A DNA stretch of 64,000 nucleotides, from positions 32,001-96,000 of IMG/VR virus record IMGVR_UViG_3300045988_158973. The stretch is one strand, 5' to 3'. Positions within the stretch are counted from its first letter, which is position 1. Every line of letters starts with the position of its first letter. Both the position numbers and the translations under genes were made by a program. This DNA is from a virus. Below the pieces are notes generated by a model. It worked only from the letters and a program-made list of their open reading frames with translations. It was not told the DNA's origin and made no database searches. Below are positions 1-7,624 of the stretch, one piece after another.

Positions 1-1119
1 ATCATCGGTGAACTCGCGGTACATTTCCGCATCCGGTTTCAGAGTTCGCGGCGCAACCTTTCTTTGCTGGCGTTGCAACTCTACCTCGTACTGTCCTCTG
101 ATGCGATCAAGGTCTTTGAAACGAGCCTCGATGATAGCACGCATCTTCGGTTTAGAGGCCAATTTACCAGCGTCGAAAAACGCCAACACCTCGTCTTTGC
201 GTGCCTTTAAGGCGTCAATTTGGTTGATAAAATCCCGCGGCGTAAGGTTAGCTACAATCTGTGGGTTGTAGTGAACCATGCCGTCCCAGTCGATTTGACT
301 GTTAAAAGGCTTATTGGCGCCTTGTGCTCGGTAGTCGAACGTACCGCCGTTATCCACGCGATAGACTTTGCCGGCGGCGTCAACCAAGCAGTTGTCATTC
401 TGGTAGATATCCCAGTTGGCCAAAAAGGCATCAACGGCGAAGCCTTTGGCCATAGCGTCATAGTCCTTGGCCTGCGGCTCACTCATACCGCGCATGTACG
501 GCGAAATAAGCGTCAAATCGGTTCCGTCGTCGTACATTTCATATTCTGGCGTGTCGAGCCCCAAGAGGTCATAAACCTGCGCGGCGTAGTATTCTGCAGC
601 AACGTGACCGCGATTAGTGTTTTTAGAACTCTTGACGACAAACTCACGCCCTTTAGAGTCCTTCATGAGTTTGGCTCCAGTACTACCGCCGAGGTCCTGC
701 ACATAGGTGAGGTCTGAAGGATCGGCAGGGAACATCTCGTTCAACTGCTTCTCTTCCTGAGCCAGCATGGCTTTAGAACGAAAGGCTCCTTTTCCAATAG
801 GTTGGCCGTTGGCGGTCTTGTAAACTCGCCAGTCGTACGTCGTCTTGGCGTTAGGAGTCAGCGTCCAAATGTACACCACGCCATTCACGACCTTGGTCTG
901 GCCAGGCATGATGGCTTTGGCTATCTCGGGGTCTTGATCGATACCGTGGATGTGGTCATACACCGATTTGGCGACGTACAGGTTGTACGAATAGTCGTCA
1001 GCAAAGTCTTCAGACCGCGCCTTATACGCTTCACACGCCTTCTCCAGTACGGCATCAGATATCTCGCCCTCAGCGTTACGGAGGGCGAAGACATCGAGTG
1101 CTTTTCTGAGTTCATCCAT
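1..1119 (-). CDS. Partial CDS (C-terminal part beyond left edge): atypical kinase-like protein (PI3K/PI4K-like catalytic loop)
   Basis: Absent from the ORF track because no stop lies inside the window. My translation from ATG 1119..1117 stays open for all 373 codons to position 1 (MDELRKALDVFALRNAEGEISD...). Kinase-like motifs: Gly-rich LGGSTGAKLMK, Lys in REFVVKSS, Glu in VAAEYYAAQ, catalytic-loop-like FLANWDIYQNDNCLV, DFG-like YRVDNGGTF. Confidence 0.55.
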   Translation of the reverse strand, partial: MDELRKALDVFALRNAEGEISDAVLEKACEAYKARSEDFADDYSYNLYVAKSVYDHIHGIDQDPEIAKAIMPGQTKVVNGVVYIWTLTPNAKTTYDWRVYKTANGQPIGKGAFRSKAMLAQEEKQLNEMFPADPSDLTYVQDLGGSTGAKLMKDSKGREFVVKSSKNTNRGHVAAEYYAAQVYDLLGLDTPEYEMYDDGTDLTLISPYMRGMSEPQAKDYDAMAKGFAVDAFLANWDIYQNDNCLVDAAGKVYRVDNGGTFDYRAQGANKPFNSQIDWDGMVHYNPQIVANLTPRDFINQIDALKARKDEVLAFFDAGKLASKPKMRAIIEARFKDLDRIRGQYEVELQRQQRKVAPRTLKPDAEMYREFTDD

Positions 1120-1125
1120 GGCTGG

Positions 1126-2883
1126 CTATTCGAACAACAGGGTTTCTGCCTTTTCGATCGACATTTCATCAACGTGGAGTGCGCCAAGATCAATCTCTTT
1201 GGCCTTCCACGTATCAGGGATCATGTCTTCAGCACCGAGTGTTTTGGCGCGACGCTTGATCCAGCGGCGAGCGCGTTCGGGGTTCTTAGCGTTGCCGGCG
1301 AGGCGGATGGCGTTCTTCAGATCAGACTTGTTGCGGATCGGGAACGAGCCGTCGGGGAGGGCCTCCTTTTTCTTGGCGAGTTTATCGCGCTGCTCTTCGG
1401 TGAAATCGGCCTTTTCGAGCGATTCTGCGCCGTTAAGTAACTGCTCGGCCTTACTGATCGCGTCGGAGGTTTCGATCGGTTGAATGGCCTCATACGCGAG
1501 ACTCTTCGTCAGCGCACGCACGGCACTCTTCTCCCACTCCTTTTGCTTCGCACCGATGAGGTTCGTCCACTCACCGCCCTGTTGGGCCATACGGTTAGAA
1601 CGTTCCGTAGAGCGTTTTTCTGACAGAATGGTACCGAAAGTACGGGTGGTAAACTTGGCGGGATCGATCTTATCCTTATTCTTGACGATCAAATCGAACA
1701 GCTCTTGGCGTTCGGCCTTGTCCTCTTCAGGATCGTCAAGGTGAGGTGCCTGAGGTACGTCCATACTGGCGAATCGGTCTTTTAGTACCTCGATAGTTTC
1801 ATCAACCGTCAGGTACACCTCCGACGAAAGCGTAGCGCGGCTGATGATAGCTTTAGTATCTTCGTTCTTGGCGAGGTTCACCAAGTCCTTGTTGGTCATG
1901 ATGATGATACGTCCCGTGAATACGAAATTCGACTTGACGTCTTCAGGGTCGCCGACGACGCGTTTACCACTGGCGGCAGTAGCTTTCTTCATGATAGAAG
2001 CCAGGTCGGCGCGGGCGATAACGGAATCGGTATCGTCGAACAGCAGAATCTTGCCGTTGTGGGCCTTGAGTACGCCCAACAGCTGCTTCTTGGAGTTGAT
2101 ATCACCAAGTTCAACGTAGTCATAATCGCCGTCGCCAGGGGCGTCGGTCTCAGCGTCAAACGGACGCTTGTTGAGCAGTTCGGCGATCTTCTTGAAACCG
2201 TACGACTTACCAACGCCTGCGCCTCCGGCCGAGATCATGAAGCGTTGCTCCTTGTTGTCCAAGAACTCCAGATACTGGCGGTTCAGGTCGTACATTACCT
2301 CAACGGGCGGCTGGTAGTCGGGGTCCTTACGCTTCATCTTGTAGACGAAACGGTCGTAGGCGATACGGTCTTGGCGGTTCTGGAGTTTGTTGAATTTCTT
2401 CTGAACACGCGGGTCCTCGGGGTTGAGGAACCAGTCTTCCATAATCTCGCCATCGACGTTTTCACCTTCGCCGTCGTTAATATCAACCTTGTCTTGGGCG
2501 TTAGTAGGCGCAACGTCGTCCTGCTTGGAGGTCATCTTCAGCAGCGCGTCGAGTGTACCGGAGGTATCAACAGCCGAAGCGTCGAATTCGTCACGCGTCT
2601 TCAACTCCTCATAGGCGATCTTACGCAACTGCGCGTTGCCCTTGGGGTTGTTTACTACTTTGAGCAGATTGTCTGCGGAGGTACGCTTGGCCCACTCTTC
2701 AAGGCTGGCGGAACCGCCAGCAGAACCCGATTTACCTTCGTCGGCGGCAGGAGCCTTCTTGTTCTTGGCGTTTTTGTCGAGACGCCAGTTAAACTTTCCC
2801 GGCTTGTATTCGGTCCAAACCCACGGCTGTGTAGGGTGGTGGTCGCCGACGTTGTGTTTTGCTTTTTGGATAATGTCTGACAT
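1126..2883 (-). CDS. P-loop NTPase (AAA-like ATPase)
   Basis: 585-aa ORF. Walker A ISAGGAGVGKSYG, Walker B GKILLFDDTDS. C-terminal LPDGSFPIRNKSDLKNAIRLAG segment of a kind seen in phage head-associated proteins. Confidence 0.6.
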   Translation of the reverse strand: MSDIIQKAKHNVGDHHPTQPWVWTEYKPGKFNWRLDKNAKNKKAPAADEGKSGSAGGSASLEEWAKRTSADNLLKVVNNPKGNAQLRKIAYEELKTRDEFDASAVDTSGTLDALLKMTSKQDDVAPTNAQDKVDINDGEGENVDGEIMEDWFLNPEDPRVQKKFNKLQNRQDRIAYDRFVYKMKRKDPDYQPPVEVMYDLNRQYLEFLDNKEQRFMISAGGAGVGKSYGFKKIAELLNKRPFDAETDAPGDGDYDYVELGDINSKKQLLGVLKAHNGKILLFDDTDSVIARADLASIMKKATAASGKRVVGDPEDVKSNFVFTGRIIIMTNKDLVNLAKNEDTKAIISRATLSSEVYLTVDETIEVLKDRFASMDVPQAPHLDDPEEDKAERQELFDLIVKNKDKIDPAKFTTRTFGTILSEKRSTERSNRMAQQGGEWTNLIGAKQKEWEKSAVRALTKSLAYEAIQPIETSDAISKAEQLLNGAESLEKADFTEEQRDKLAKKKEALPDGSFPIRNKSDLKNAIRLAGNAKNPERARRWIKRRAKTLGAEDMIPDTWKAKEIDLGALHVDEMSIEKAETLLFE

Positions 2884-2917
2884 ACGTTGTGCAGTTTTCC
2901 AATAAATACTTGGAATC

Positions 2918-3727
2918 CTACACTTCTACAGCGTCAAAGTCAATATCAAACTTCTTGTACACAATACGCAACTCCGGAACGCCGTTTATGGGTTTCTTCT
3001 TTTCGTCAACACGAGCGTTAAGCGGCCAACGCTTCAAGATAATATCGTGAGCACGCTGTACACGCTCTTGACGCTTGTATACGTCTTGAAGACCGCCGCC
3101 TTGAGTGGCTTCCTTGTTCATTTTGCTCTGGAGAAGGAAACGCACGAACCGCGCATACACGATACCGAGGTACATGCACTTCAACGAATAGTCGATATCA
3201 CACTTCAACTCCAACTTTTCGTCAAAATCCAGTTCCAGCGTGCGTAAGCCTTTGAACACGATGAGGTGAGGGATGCCGCCGTATTTGAAGCGAGGGCTGA
3301 CGTCGGTGCAGTTCCAGTCAAACGCGCTCTTCCCCATGGTCCCGTACTCGAAGTCGGTTTCCATGACTTCGCGGTTGAACTCTTCGAAGAATTCAGCCAA
3401 CTCTTCAGGGGTTTTCAACGAAAGCCCGCATTTGGCTTCGCCGTCAATCGAATAGAAGAAGTTGGCGATATCGTCATCCATGACCACTACCGGGCGCCCC
3501 TCGTGCAGATAGGTGTTCTTACAGAAATTGACTACATAGCTGTAGCCACGATTCGATGCCGGTAGCACGATAAGGCGTTCACGCTCGTGACCCGCTTCGA
3601 CGTATTTCTCGACGTCTTCTTTCTCGACTACGATGTGATAGTCGACGCCGCCCTTTTTCAGCAGTTTGGTCGTGACGCATTTAGGGCGGTTCTTGGACAC
3701 GACGAAGAATTGACAATTCATACTCAA
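2918..3727 (-). CDS. GT-A-like glycosyltransferase (DxD type), paralog of 21123..21938
   Basis: 269 aa. N-terminal FFVVSKNRP strand, acidic VVVMDDDIANF. Collinear with 21123..21938 (SKNRPKCVTTKLL/TRGRVDRQKTLQRL; VVVMDDDIANF/VFFLDDNVSF; GGGLQDVY/AAGGCSVY). Architecture recalls phage DNA-base (TET/JBP-associated) glycosyltransferases, from memory only. Confidence 0.45.
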   Translation of the reverse strand: MSMNCQFFVVSKNRPKCVTTKLLKKGGVDYHIVVEKEDVEKYVEAGHERERLIVLPASNRGYSYVVNFCKNTYLHEGRPVVVMDDDIANFFYSIDGEAKCGLSLKTPEELAEFFEEFNREVMETDFEYGTMGKSAFDWNCTDVSPRFKYGGIPHLIVFKGLRTLELDFDEKLELKCDIDYSLKCMYLGIVYARFVRFLLQSKMNKEATQGGGLQDVYKRQERVQRAHDIILKRWPLNARVDEKKKPINGVPELRIVYKKFDIDFDAVEV

Positions 3728-4404
3728 AACGGTAAGTCACCCTCGTACCAAATTTCCTCGGGTGGGTTTTGTTCTATAAAACGTTGATATTTGTTCATCG
3801 TAGGCTCTAACGACGGATAAAAGCGCAGCGCCAGTTCCCACTTAACGTCGAACATATCGCCAACATCAACCCGGCGTTTCATCAACAAACTTTCGCTGCC
3901 GTAGCACTGGACTTGAATCTGGCTACAACCGCGGCGCGTGTACGAATACGGAAAGTCGCGATAGTATTCCGCCCCGGACGCCGTATCATACACCGTATCG
4001 TGCACAAACTGGTTGAAGGGGTTGCCTGCACCCAACGGCGCTAACAGGGTGTATCCGGGGTTGCGGCGCATAAACTTACGCAAATAATCGCGAAGCGTTT
4101 GTTCGGCGAAATTAAGCCCATCAGTCCCGAATTTAGCGCGAAGGTACATATAGACGCTTTCGTAGCTATAATCCCTGTAATGGGTCTTGAAATCGCTGCA
4201 ACGGACATCTTCTAACTCCAAGTCCAGACAGTCCGCGCCGATTCCCAGAAAATCGTACAATTTACGCTGTTCAGCGAGCGACGATGGCGCGTTATCAACA
4301 GTAAGCACCCGAACGTCGTATTCGGGTGCTACTAAAACGTGACAAGCGCTCATCAGGAGATCACCCGCGTGCGGCTCGACACAGAGGTACTTTATTTTTC
4401 CCAT
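3724..4404 (-). CDS. PIG-L/LmbE-like deacetylase-fold protein (tentative)
   Basis: 226 aa. LCVEPHAGDLLMSACHVL resembles the AHPDD metal motif and NQFVHDTV the HxDH region of PIG-L/LmbE enzymes. Overlaps both neighbours (4 nt and 13 nt). Confidence 0.3.
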   Translation of the reverse strand: MGKIKYLCVEPHAGDLLMSACHVLVAPEYDVRVLTVDNAPSSLAEQRKLYDFLGIGADCLDLELEDVRCSDFKTHYRDYSYESVYMYLRAKFGTDGLNFAEQTLRDYLRKFMRRNPGYTLLAPLGAGNPFNQFVHDTVYDTASGAEYYRDFPYSYTRRGCSQIQVQCYGSESLLMKRRVDVGDMFDVKWELALRFYPSLEPTMNKYQRFIEQNPPEEIWYEGDLPF

Positions 4405-5351
4405 GGCCGTTTGTAAATCTTCTCAGCGCACGGGCCGTCCTTCGATACGTCTTCAGCCATACGGCGAATTTCAGGCGTAATAGGCGGCAGCGTTTTCTTG
4501 CCCATTTTGTCAGGCAGGAATCCGACGCGGACGCTGACGTGTGTACACCCTTGACACGGCCGGAAACGGCGGTCATTGTTGTACAGCATAACGCGAGCGG
4601 CGTGAAAACGCGGATGGTTCCAAAGGTCCTCGATAGGCATATCGTGGATATTGGCGATAGGGTATTCGCCGCGGAAGTCGTCACAGCACAGACACACCTG
4701 GCCATTCCAACGCACATCCAGTTCACGGAACGGGAAGGTACAGCGCTTGTTGTTGAACGAATCGTCGAGCGGGAACGCTGCACCGCAGTGATTGGCCAGG
4801 CGACGCGTCATCTTGTTGGTATCGTCTTCGGCGATAGGCGGCAGCAGGCAGATACGACGCCCCTGCTTGGGATAGTAGTACGGAACGCCCGGTTCCAGCG
4901 TGACGACGTTGTACTTTTCAACGTCGATCTTCTTGACGAAGTTCCAGTCGCCGTTGGCTGTGTAGCAGTCAACCAGTATGTCGTTCATGCCGGCCTCGAA
5001 CAGGCGGTCGAGGTACTCGGACGTGTCAGCGGCGTGGTTCATGGCGTAGCCGTTGCTGTACATATGAAATACGGCCTTCGGTAAGTGCTTGCGGAACGTA
5101 GCCACGATGTCGATGAACGCGGGGTTAAGCGTCGGCTCGCCGTGCATAGCGAACACGAACTTACAGTTCCACCCCACGCGTGCCACCTCCGAAGCAATAC
5201 GCTCGGCGGTTTCAACGGTCATGAAATTCCACGGTTTAGTCCCTTTTTCGCGCATACCGTGAAGACCACAGAACGAACACCCCAGATTGCACCCCTCGGT
5301 CGGCTCGATCTGCATGGTAAACGGGGGGTCTTGTACGATTTTGTTTTTCAT
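4392..5351 (-). CDS. Radical SAM enzyme with SPASM/twitch-like Cys-rich C-terminal domain
   Basis: 319 aa. CNLGCSFC is a CX3CX2C cluster motif near the N-terminus, and HGEPTLNP is the SAM-binding motif. C-terminal cysteines VCLCCDD...RPCQGCTH. Confidence 0.75.
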   Translation of the reverse strand: MKNKIVQDPPFTMQIEPTEGCNLGCSFCGLHGMREKGTKPWNFMTVETAERIASEVARVGWNCKFVFAMHGEPTLNPAFIDIVATFRKHLPKAVFHMYSNGYAMNHAADTSEYLDRLFEAGMNDILVDCYTANGDWNFVKKIDVEKYNVVTLEPGVPYYYPKQGRRICLLPPIAEDDTNKMTRRLANHCGAAFPLDDSFNNKRCTFPFRELDVRWNGQVCLCCDDFRGEYPIANIHDMPIEDLWNHPRFHAARVMLYNNDRRFRPCQGCTHVSVRVGFLPDKMGKKTLPPITPEIRRMAEDVSKDGPCAEKIYKRPWEK

Positions 5352-6283
5352 TATTTGGTAACTTTAATGTTAAGTTTCACGTTCTTTAACTTTGGGTTCT
5401 TGAATTGACGCTTAACTGGCTTGGTGAAGGCGCGTGTTGCGGGGTCCCATTCGAAGCCGTCAGGAACGAAGTTGATCGTACACCGACAGTAGGGGTGCGT
5501 TGGGTCAATCGTCGGGAGCCATTCAGCTACTTTGCGTCCAATATTGTTACCGTTGGCAATAAGGTCTGCCAAGCGGAACAGTTTCGGCTTTGAGTTGAGG
5601 TCTTCAGGGTCTTCCAAGTACAATTCACGACATTTGGCACACGCGCCGGGGTAAACGTCGAAATACACCTTGGCGTCAGGGCCGTGTTGCTTGAAAATAC
5701 TTTCAGCGCGGCCTACATTGTAGGCTTCATGGAGAAGGTAATACGCAATACGCAGCCAATCACGCCCCCAGTCTTGGGTAAGGTTCCCCAGTTCGCTGGC
5801 TATATACCGCGCTCCCTTACGGAGTTGAACGGCTTGAATGGCCTTGTCTTTGATTTGCTGGCGTATTGCCGATTGCTGACGAAAGTTCGACTTGAGTACA
5901 GCGTTGCGCGTTCCGGTGACGATCCGGTTGCCGAGCGACGTGATGTCGGTATAGGCGCGGTTCTTGAGGTAGTTCAGCGCGTTTTCTTCCTGTTCAGTGA
6001 GTGGAACGAAGTTTCCCGATTTCAAGAACTGGAGAAACTGCTTGTAGTTCATCTTCTTGGCGCGTGTGTCACCGATTGCTTCAGCTAAGATTCCAAACAA
6101 AAAGGCGTGTTCGATGATACCCTTTGAGTTCTTGTACTTATCGACGTTGACGCCCGACGCTACCAAGATATCAATTTCAGACTGCGTAAGGTAGTCCAAT
6201 CCGACGTGTTTGGCAATAAAGAGATACTGCCAACGTCGGAGAATACCGACCATGTCGTCTATTTGGCGGTTGTTGAAAATCAT
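5351..6283 (-). CDS. Mu F / SPP1 gp7-like minor head (head morphogenesis) protein
   Basis: 310 aa. C-terminal CAKCRELY...IDPTHPYCRCTINFVP matches the HPNCRC signature of the MuF family. Confidence 0.7.
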   Translation of the reverse strand: MIFNNRQIDDMVGILRRWQYLFIAKHVGLDYLTQSEIDILVASGVNVDKYKNSKGIIEHAFLFGILAEAIGDTRAKKMNYKQFLQFLKSGNFVPLTEQEENALNYLKNRAYTDITSLGNRIVTGTRNAVLKSNFRQQSAIRQQIKDKAIQAVQLRKGARYIASELGNLTQDWGRDWLRIAYYLLHEAYNVGRAESIFKQHGPDAKVYFDVYPGACAKCRELYLEDPEDLNSKPKLFRLADLIANGNNIGRKVAEWLPTIDPTHPYCRCTINFVPDGFEWDPATRAFTKPVKRQFKNPKLKNVKLNIKVTK

Positions 6284-6295
6284 TGTCGTTAATTT

Positions 6296-6952
6296 TTAAT
6301 CATCATCCCCATCGTGCTCAGTACCCCACGTTCCGTTATTCCTCAACGTGCGGGGAGATGGTAAATCAGCGACACTCACCTTCGCGCCGTAACTGCCACT
6401 TTGGGAGTTTTCTTTACTACGCACGCGATTCGCTCTTTTAGCTTCTTCCGCGGGTGAAGGGGTCGACACCTTCCTCAGTAGGCGAATATCTCCAACCTTG
6501 ACTGGATCGACGAACTTCCCACCTCCTACCTTAGACCTTGAACCGTCAATCTTGACCTCAAACTCATCGCCTTTCAAGTGCTTTATAATAGCACCAACAG
6601 AATAGGAATGGCAACCATACCTATTCTTCACATGAACGATTATCTTATCGCCATGCCCCAAGTCTGAAACGCTAACCCGGTGTCCCGAATTGAAGTCATC
6701 AACCGTATATCCCCACGTTGGTTTCGACGGCAAAACTATCCGTTCGAAATTGGGTTTTTCATAGGGCATTCCAACACGCCCCTTCTTTCGATTTTCAGGC
6801 GTGTTGGCGTAACGACCGCTCTTAGAACGCGCCTTCTCAAGCGCATCATCGGTCAAAGTGTTTCCTTGAAAACAGCCAATGGCCTTTCGTAAGTGATCGT
6901 TGCGGTATTTACTGGCCTCGTGAAAGGTCCTTGTGATTTCGTCTACTTCCAT
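6296..6952 (-). CDS. Hypothetical virion-module protein
   Basis: 218 aa. ALEKARSKSGRYANTPENRKKGRVGMPYEK module shared with 7624..9687. Beta-rich C-terminal segment. Confidence 0.5.
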   Translation of the reverse strand: MEVDEITRTFHEASKYRNDHLRKAIGCFQGNTLTDDALEKARSKSGRYANTPENRKKGRVGMPYEKPNFERIVLPSKPTWGYTVDDFNSGHRVSVSDLGHGDKIIVHVKNRYGCHSYSVGAIIKHLKGDEFEVKIDGSRSKVGGGKFVDPVKVGDIRLLRKVSTPSPAEEAKRANRVRSKENSQSGSYGAKVSVADLPSPRTLRNNGTWGTEHDGDDD

Positions 6953-7161
6953 AATCGTACCTTTGATTCATGGCCGCGCTTAAAGATAACCACGCAGTCG
7001 TTGAGGTTGATTTCAGCAGCGGTGTCGGTGAGTTTAACGACTTTTCCTACTCTGTAACTGAATCCGGCTTCAGTGCGTACCTTGACGATAACGGTACTGC
7101 CCTTGAGGAGTTCGGCGAAGTCTTTAATTTTGACAGCGTCTTCATCAAACATTTTCTTCAA
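6943..7161 (-). CDS. Hypothetical small protein
   Basis: 72-aa ORF in the minus-strand gene train. 10-nt overlap with the downstream gene. Confidence 0.45.
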   Translation of the reverse strand: MKKMFDEDAVKIKDFAELLKGSTVIVKVRTEAGFSYRVGKVVKLTDTAAEINLNDCVVIFKRGHESKVRLWK

Positions 7162-7179
7162 AAACCAATCGGCGTCAGG

Positions 7180-7452
7180 CTAAAGGCGGATTTCTTCGTC
7201 GGGTTGTAACGACACCGTGATCGATACACCAGAGGGGTACACCTGCACTTCACACTTACCGTCGGCAATACGCGATAATGTACCGACGTTGTACTTCGGC
7301 CGACCTCTTTCGTCCCTAACGCGGGTAACAACCCGCACCGGATATGGCGGTTCTTTCTCCAATGCGCTGTTACCAGCGATTATCGTACCGACGTTCCAAA
7401 TCTTTTCAATCTTCGTTGACGGTATGGCCCAAATTGCCTTTCTTTGTTTCAT
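7180..7452 (-). CDS. Hypothetical small protein
   Basis: 90-aa ORF in the minus-strand gene train. No motif recognised. Confidence 0.45.
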   Translation of the reverse strand: MKQRKAIWAIPSTKIEKIWNVGTIIAGNSALEKEPPYPVRVVTRVRDERGRPKYNVGTLSRIADGKCEVQVYPSGVSITVSLQPDEEIRL

Positions 7453-7624
7453 CCTCGTTTAGTTCTTTAACCGCCGCAGCCGTAGCGTCGGCGATGTATT
7501 TCAAGACATCACCGAGCGCCGCGGCGTTATTGGCGTTCCATTCCTTAATGAATCGGTTCTCGTATTGAGTAACGGTGGGGAATGGCGACGGAAGGAAGTG
7601 TGTATGTTTGGCGTTGTAGGGCAT
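7406..7624 (-). CDS. Hypothetical small protein
   Basis: 72-aa ORF. Start overlaps the stop of 7624..9687. 47-nt overlap with 7180..7452 makes one of the two starts uncertain. Confidence 0.4.
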   Translation of the reverse strand: MPYNAKHTHFLPSPFPTVTQYENRFIKEWNANNAAALGDVLKYIADATAAAVKELNEDETKKGNLGHTVNED

